Assembly (NCBI RefSeq): GCF_009914755.1
Contig: NC_060927.1
From: the human T2T-CHM13v2.0 reference genome, Homo sapiens
Length of the DNA: 64,000 nucleotides
Direction: 5' to 3' (one strand)
The notes below the pieces were generated by a model. That model ran no database searches, was not told the origin of the DNA, and was given only the letters and a program-made list of their open reading frames with translations. Of this stretch, positions 56,147 to 64,000 are shown piece by piece (position 1 is the first letter of the stretch; every line of letters begins with the position of its first letter). The position numbers were made by a program, and so were the translations under genes.

Positions 56147-56761
56147 AAAGTTGAGTAGCTCCCCTTAGTGCTTATAGCTTTTAAGTAGCAGCAATGAGCT
56201 TCAAACAGAAGATGCTAAAGGGAGCTGGAGAATGCATAAAGAGTTTGAAAGCCTAAACTATCAATAAACATTAAGTTAATAATGAGGAAATGATAACTTA
56301 CATACTTAAGAGCTACGAAAAGAGAAGAAGAGATCAACAGGACATGAGCTAGGAATTTGATTCCAAAAGTGACAAGCCAAATGAATGTATCCTATACATT
56401 TCACCTTTCAGATGCTTCCCACAATTTTTCTATTGTGTGAAAATTACACATTAAACTAAAAATTTTATGTATTTTTCCATCATACTGACTTTGTAAGTCT
56501 CATTTGTGTGACATATTGATTGGAAGGAAGAATTCTAGGACCTATGAGATGGAACTGTAAAGTGGGACATTCCATTCATAAATAGTTTAGATACCTGGAT
56601 TTATAGCTCAACTATACCACTTAGCACTTCCACTCTTAGTGCCTCAGTTTCCTCATTGATAGCAGAGGCGATTGGACAAGATGACTTTTCAGCTTTCCTT
56701 CTTCTTGAGTACTCTGTAGTTCTATGATCCTTGATCAATGGTATGTAATTAAGAGCCTTAG

Positions 56762-56900
56762 GGCCAGGAGCAGTGGCTCACACCTGCATCACAGCACTTT
56801 GGGAAGCTGAGGTGGGAGGATTACTTGAGCCTATGAGTTCAAGGCTAGCCTGGGCAAGATGGTGAGACCCTGTCTCTACAAATATATAATAATAATAAAA
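56762..56900 (+). mobile_element. FLAM / AluJ left monomer
   Basis: ggaggattacttgagcctatgagttcaaggctagcctgggcaagatggtgagaccctgtctctac plus an A-rich tail. Confidence 0.85.
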
Positions 56901-56921
56901 AGCTGTGAATATTTGTGCCTG

Positions 56922-57316
56922 TGATATAGTTTGGATATATCCAAACCTCATGTTGAAGTCTGATCCCCGATGTTGGAGATGGGCCTGGTGGGAGGTGTTT
57001 GGGTCATGGAGGTAGATTCCTCCTGAATGGCTTGGTGCCTTCCTGAGGTAATGTGTGACTTCTAACTCTATTAGTTCCCATGAGAGCTTGTTTAAAAGAG
57101 TCTTGCATATCCTCCTTTCACTCTTCTTCCCTCTCGCTATGAGATCTCTGCATACTGGTTCCACTTCACCTTTTCCTATGAGTGAAAGCAGCCTGAGACA
57201 TGCCAAAACCATGCTTCCTGTACAGCCTATAGAACTGTGAGCCAAATTAACCTCTTTTCTCTATAAATTACCCAGCCTCAGGTGTTCCTTAGTCGTAACA
57301 CAAAAGGACTAAGACA
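56922..57316 (+). mobile_element. MSTB-like solo LTR
   Basis: tgatatagtttgg...ggactaagaca; perfect 5-bp TSD gcctg at 56917-56921 and 57317-57321. Confidence 0.9.
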
Positions 57317-58159
57317 GCCTGTCAGTGTGACTTTTATTCTTTTCATGGTCCTTGCCTGATTTACTAAGTTGCAAGATATTTGTTGTTGGTTTTTGCTTCT
57401 TTACAGAATATTTTATTTTAGGTCTTTAAACAATAGCTTGTGCACAAGTTGTGTATTATTAATTTGTGGACCTAAACCATATTTATTCTCCATGTGCCTA
57501 AGTTTATTTATCTTTCTAATGGGGGTAATACAGTGATATTATCTACATTTTAGTGTTGGTAGATAATTTAGATCATTAATAAAGTTTTGCATATACTGCA
57601 TGTTACAAGGAATATTCTGCTTATAAATTCCGAATAAATTATCACTCCTCTTTTCCAAACTAAATATTGATTACTTGCTTTTCGGAACCTGGATGCTATC
57701 TCTTCAGAAATAAAATGTAGCAATGCCTATTTCATTTTCTAGAAAAGACATACTGCTTTCTGTGGCTTCAAAAATAGTAGCTTTAGAAATTATGCCTCAA
57801 AATATATCCTTCCCTTTATACTACTTTGATTAAACACTTTCAGTATAGTTGTGTTCCGAGTTAGTCATTGATATATGCAAATCTAATGCTGATTTAAAGA
57901 AGGATTAATGATTTATGACTTCGCTGACTGTAAGTAAAATTTTCTATTTAGCCAAAAACACACTAATATAATCAAGTTAAATTGACAGATGAACGCATTA
58001 AAGTCACTGAACTAATATCCTTAATTGCTATACATTTGCTTACAACCAGGGATCTATTCCTTTGATATTTTGGAAACTACTATGCATTACTACTTGATAT
58101 ATTTCATGTACAAATCTTGTCTGTATAAAAACAATAGAATTAACTATTTTCAAAAATAG

Positions 58160-58285
58160 TGATCATATGAATCACCCAGGAATCTTGGTAACAAGTCTGC
58201 TTTCTTTGTCCGACATTCAGAATTTCTGATTCCAAGTGTCTGTAGTGGGTTTCAGCAATTTCAATTTTAACAAATATCCTAGGAG
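58160..58285. mobile_element. MER5-type fragment
   Basis: gaatcacccagggaatctt...cagaatttctgattc...ttttaacaaatatcc. Confidence 0.55.
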
Positions 58286-59379
58286 TACCACATTATATAT
58301 TGGTTACTATACCATAGGGACCATTTAGTGCCTTAATTTAGATTTCCTACAGAACTCACATATAGCAGCTGCTCAACAAATTTTTCAATGAATAAATCAA
58401 ATAATCAGTGAGCAAGTGAATATATGTTCTCTTTTCTGGGTGAATACTCAAAAGATTATGACTTAATTAATGTTACTTTTCAGTACTTACAGATACGGAA
58501 GTAGAAATCTTTTGGTTTTTAAGAGATTATGATTGAATTCATGTGGAATATAAATCATATTTGGTTATTTCTGATTGATAAAGGTCTGGATTTCTAATAT
58601 TTAGTAGCTTATTTACTGATGAAGTACTAAATGCATGGCACTTAACTATTACCTGTATATGCAACAAAGCAGAGACACAAAAATAATTCCTTTGTCATAT
58701 AATTAAAAATGTCCCCTTTTCCATTGTTTCCTCTTTCCAGTATTTTTCCCAGCGACATTTTAGAGTACAGGCCACACTTGTGTCATCATTCCACACAATT
58801 TAATCAGTATGCTGCATTTTACAAAAGGGAATTTGTAATAAGAAAGGGATGAGTGAAACATTTATTCTCATTGTGCATCCCAAGCTCTTAGAATTGGTTT
58901 TGAATGGTTTAATGATGTTGTATTAATTTTCCTATCCTTTGGCATTGACAGCTAACAACAGGGGGGTGAGTCTGGCGTGCATCAGTGGAAGTCAGAATTG
59001 AATTATTTGGACTACACATTAAAATGTAGGCAACCTATTGAAAGGAATTGAATCTCAATTTGTGAAACATAGAAAATAGTTGAAAATAAAAAGAAGACCT
59101 GATCATTCCTATTATATATAACCAAAAACTCTACTTCGAGTGCTGTTTTAGAAATTAACCATTTTCTTCTGATTTAAAGACTATTTGTTTTCTGGAACAT
59201 TTGTGAGAAATTTAAAAATTGTTTCACAAAGCAACAATGCATTATCCATAATTACATTGCTTAGCTATAACTACAATAAATCTTTTGCTGTAATATCTTT
59301 TATTCTCAGAACTGTAGGTATATTTGAAGCATATGTTTTGTATCTGCTTTTTTTCACTTACTATTCTTTTTTTTTCTTC

Positions 59380-60030
59380 ATGTTGGTAAAGCTGCAGAGA
59401 AAGGGGAACACTCATACATGGTTGGTGGGAGTATAAATTAGACCAGCTGCTGTGGAAAGCAGTTTGGTGAATTCTTAAAGAACTTAGAACTATCATTCAA
59501 TCCACAATCCCACCACTGGGTATACATCCAAAAGAAAACAAATCTTTCTACCAAAAAGACACGTGTACTAACATGTTCACTGGGGCAATATTCACAATAG
59601 CAAAGACATCTATTAAACATAAGTGCCCATCAATGGTGGACTGAATAAGGAAAATGTGGTGTATATACACCTTGGAATACTATACAGCCATCAAAAGAAT
59701 GAAATCGTGTCCTTTGTAGCAACATGGATGCAGCTGGAGTCCATTATCCTAAGCAAATTAATGCAGGAACAGAAAACCAAATACTGCATGTTCTCACATA
59801 AGAGGGAGCTAAACATAGGGTGCTTGGGTCATAAAGATGATAACAATAGACACTGAGGACTACTAGAGGGAGGAGGGAGGGAACAAGGCAAGGGTTGAAA
59901 AACTGTCATGTACTATGCTTGGTACTGGGTGATAGGATCACTGGTACCCCAAAACTCAGCCTCACACAATGTACCCAAGTGACAAACTTGCACATGTACT
60001 CCCTGAAACAAAAATAAAAGTTGAAAAAAA
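59380..60030 (+). mobile_element. 5'-truncated old L1PA (L1PA15/16-like) 3' end
   Basis: ORF2 C-terminus SFVATWMQLESIILSKLMQEQKTKYCMFS; 3' UTR ending aaaataaaagttgaaaaaaa. Confidence 0.88.
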
Positions 60031-60479
60031 CACGTAAATTAGTTAATGAGAAATGTTTTAGTTACTGGATAGTAAATATCTTAAAAAATAAAATATAACT
60101 TCAAAAATAAATTAATAAAAGCACTCTTTTCCATAGCATCATCTGCTTAAGGCAGGTACAAAATAGTATTTTATTGGTCCATTTTCTTTTCTCTGATTAA
60201 ACTTTAATTTCCCTTTCAATATTTTTTTAAGAGTTTGGTGGGTTGGGGGAAAAAGAAACTTTAATGGCAAATCTATACCACGTATGCTTTGCATGAAATG
60301 TAAAAGTCACCGGATCAGGAATGAAGTTACTGAAAAACTTGAGAAGTGTAAGTGACATTAATCACCTGGCCTGACCAGAGAATACTGAGAAAAACAACCA
60401 AGAAATTATGAAGAGAAGAATGAGCCTCTTCAATGAATATCTTAAAAGTTCGATGTATTTCAGATAACCATAAGCAGAT

Positions 60480-60640
60480 CATGGTTAAGACCATGGGTTT
60501 TTGAATTCCACAGCTATGAGTTAGAATCCCAGCTCTGCCTTTTATTAGCTGAGTAGTTTTGACCCAGCTCTTTCCCCACTGTCCCTTGATAATAAGGCAA
60601 TTTCATAGGGTTGTACTGAACATGAAATGATATTAAAATT
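60480..60640 (+). mobile_element. MIR
   Basis: atggttaaga...gaatcccagctctgcc...tagctg...tcatagggttgt. Confidence 0.7.
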
Positions 60641-62599
60641 CATATTACAACTCTTTGATTAAAAAAGGGACTTAAAAATAGTATGAGTAATAGTCAAAGT
60701 TGTTATGGATATGTTATGATTGCTGTTATTATGTAGGGCAGACTGACACAAAAGCAAGGTTGACAGCAACCTTCATGAACCTTGCGTGCTAAGGTTGACA
60801 AAACTCCATGAAGCTATTCCCCTAAAAGTACTACCACCTCCACCCCAACAACTCACCACCTGCCTCTATTGCCTGAAATTCTACCTTAAAAGACTCATTA
60901 ACTTTACCTTAAACATTTTATATTCTAAAATGGAATGATCTGGAAAGATGTGATTCATTTTTTAACTGATATATATAGTTCTATGGGAATTAGTTAATCA
61001 GATTCTGAGTGCAGATTTTAATAATGAGAAACTTGAGAGTTCTACATCCTGAAGGGGTCAGTGAAGAATTATATTATCTTGGAGTATTACTGATTTGGGA
61101 AAATGACAGAACAATGGTAGCAATGAATAAGAGTGGTTAGGAAGGAGACATTATATTAGAATAGGGAATTTGTCATAAGAGCTAAAAACAGTAAATGTGA
61201 ATGGCAAAAATGATTTATAGAGAAAAATGTATACATTGTGCTATGCACTCAGTAGGAATAAAGTAGATTGTTAAATCTCTGAATTCAGGAAAATAGATAC
61301 TGTGTGGAAATAGATACCTGCGGTAAGGCAGGAATATGACTGGAGCTCAAGAAAATGAATCAGAATACTGGTTTCATCAGGACATGCTCGCTTGTCACTG
61401 GTCCTGGAGCTTCCTCCTTTTGATAATGCCATTTTAAATAATTTTTAAAGGAATAAAAATTATTGAAGTTATTAAAAAGCCCCATAGAATCATATATAAA
61501 AGGCCAAAAAACATGTGGTCTGGGAAAGGCAATTGTATTATAGACAGATATTGAAAGAAGCTGGAGTGTCTGAATTTGGATTGCAATAAAATTAATTTTC
61601 ATGAAACAGCATGGTCCAGAACTTCTTGGAGGTGTTGAAGACAAGTTGTCTCTTTTTTCTTCATCCACATCAATGCAAGTAAATTAGATGTACTTAGTGT
61701 GCTTCCCCTTTGCCTCACGTTTGCCTCACCTGCTGAAACAGGAGGCACCAGGAGCTCCTTCTTCTGGTGACTCATGTGGACTGGCTGATGATACTGGGTT
61801 TGTGTTTTCAGCCACGCAGCAGCTTGTGTCAAAACCTGTTTCCCACTTGCTTGTAACCATCCTGGAAGGAGTGACACACCCAGTGGGGTTAAGGTAATCA
61901 GAAATGGAGAGCACAGCAAGGATGTCTCCAGAAGAATGATGAAAATCTAGAGGTTTTTTTTTATGTTTCTTTCTTTCACTTTTGACTAGCCACCCCTCTA
62001 AACTCCAAGAGTATCATTTTATTTGTCTCAGTAGTACATTAATCAACAGTTGCTGAAAGAAGATTACATTTGGTGAATATTCAAATACCTAATTAGACTT
62101 CATAATATTTATATTAGAAGGTTGGGAAAAATAGAAATAGCAAGTAAAGCTTAGTGCTTTAAGGAATCAGGTCACAATTGGTTATTCTGTAAGGCTGATC
62201 CTAGTCTACCTGCTTTCTTTCCCACAATGAATAATGATGACCCAATTAATCTGAAGACTGTTGTTCAGATTTCTTCATCCAATGATAAATTTTAGTAGTA
62301 CAAAACTAAAACCTCAAGATTTGTTATCCATGAGAAAGACCAGTCTTAAAACTTAGCCACCTCTTGATTACGCAAGAACTCATCATTGCACTTTCCTAGT
62401 GGCTTTTTGCCACCCTCTGTTTTTCTCTCCTGTCCTTCAGATCACTTGCCTTGAGCTATTTCATCCCTGATTTGCACTTTCACTAAAAGATGGATCTCTA
62501 GAGAAATTAAATTCAAATAATTCATTTTTATTGCTTATAGAGGAGAGTTGATAGGAAGTTGAAATGACAGAAATGAGATTTTAAATCTCTTCTATAAGT

Positions 62600-62920
62600 T
62601 TCATTTATTCCATCCATGTTTATTGATTGTCTACTGCATAATAGGTACAGTAGGGGATAGAGAGAGCATAAAGCACAGTCCTGCCCTCCAGAAGACTTTT
62701 ATCCCAAAAAAGAGGAGTTCTGTGCACAACTCATACCATCTTAAATCCCCACCTAGAAAGGCTGGTATAAATAAATATGCATTAAAACACAGCTTTACCA
62801 CCAGGAAGTTAGAAGTGTCATATAAATAGCATGCAAAATAAATAGTAAAAGAATTCAGTTTAGAAAGAAGCAAGTTTAGAGAGTGTGTGATCAGGGAAAG
62901 ATTTACTGAAGAGCTAACAT
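62600..62920 (-). mobile_element. L2 fragment
   Basis: ttcatttattccatccatgtttattgattgtctact...ggggatagag...cacagtcctgccctc...tcagggaaagattt. Confidence 0.65.
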
Positions 62921-64000
62921 TTGTCACAAGTTAGATTTCTAAGAACATAATTCCTGTAGTTATTTCAAATTCCAAAATTATTATATATTGATTATACAAT
63001 ATTGGAGAGTACAGAAAAACATAAGAGAAAAAAACTATCCAAATTACTCATAATCCTACCACCTAGTGAGATATCATTGTTGGTTTTTTGCAGCATATTG
63101 TTATAAGCCTTTTCCTTGCCTTCATGCATAAGTGTGTTTGTATGTGATAATCAAGATCTTGACAAGAAACATATGGAAAGGTCAAATTATACAGCTGGGT
63201 AAAACACAAGGAAGCCACAAGGGGTGGTACAAGCATCTCCAAGATTAAAGTTGGTAAAATGGGACAAGTTCAACTCAAAGTACGAAAGATGACAACCTGG
63301 TAGAATTACATTCAGTGAGTTCAAGACCCCTTAACGTAAGTGAAAAGGCCTAGGCAGGCCCTTTGGTAAATTTTGGTTCACATTTTGACTCCAGCACCAA
63401 CCAACTGTGACTTTGATCCAAGTGACATAAAGTTTCTTGGAGTAAAAATTAGAGACTTTATGTTGAAGAGTGCTTTGTACAGCATCTAATGCGTATAGGG
63501 GCTCAATAACTGGTCATTACTAAGGAGAATAAATGGTGACTGTGTCTTAGACCCTGTTTTATAGGAAATTGGCCCAATTAGCACATTGCCCAAGCAGTGT
63601 TGTAGGTGTCAAGCAGTTGAACAACATTCATGCTTAATGTTTGTCATGCTGGATAGATGGGTTCCGCTAAAAAAAAAAATAGAAATAAAATATTTATTTT
63701 ATAGAAATCTACAGAAAAATAGAATTTTATCCATGGTAAATTTTATCTCTTATTTTTGAAATCCCTTTGCAACCTGTTACCACTCATTTGTCTTTGAGTA
63801 CTAATAGAGAAACGACATTCACATATTAGTAATACATCTTCGAAATAATCTGTTATGCATTAGTATATGCATAATATATATATGCATTAATATGTCTTTT
63901 GTTTTGCCTGCTCAGATTTCACTTACCCTACTTTGGGTAACAATACAATTTCCCTCTGAGAAACTCTAGTTTTCAGTTCATGAGGTTTGTGTGGACCTCA

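Overview
AT-rich, repeat-dense primate genomic DNA, very likely human because it carries an Alu with all five AluYa5 diagnostic bases. I see no intact protein-coding gene, RNA gene, CRISPR array or prokaryotic system, and no new biological system that I can support. The window is mostly layered retroelements. (1) A processed MEST pseudogene (11360-13644) with full 3' UTR, poly(A) and TSD sits inside a 5'-inverted old L1PA, which itself interrupts an L2. (2) A near full-length L1PB lies at 17385-24714. (3) A young L1PA2-like element (32137-36139) keeps its promoter, ORF0 and endonuclease domain but has lost its 3' ~2 kb at a 2-bp microhomology junction with an oppositely oriented L1MA. (4) A twin-primed L1PA3-like element (53626-56146) skips ~1.8 kb of ORF2 and hosts the AluYa5. 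(5) There is also a complete THE1D, several MaLR solo LTRs, about nine Alu-family copies, and MIR/L2/MER remnants. Almost all ORFs in the track are repeat-derived or random. Subfamily names and parent-gene comparisons come from recalled consensus sequences, not a database search. Boundaries of ancient repeats are approximate.
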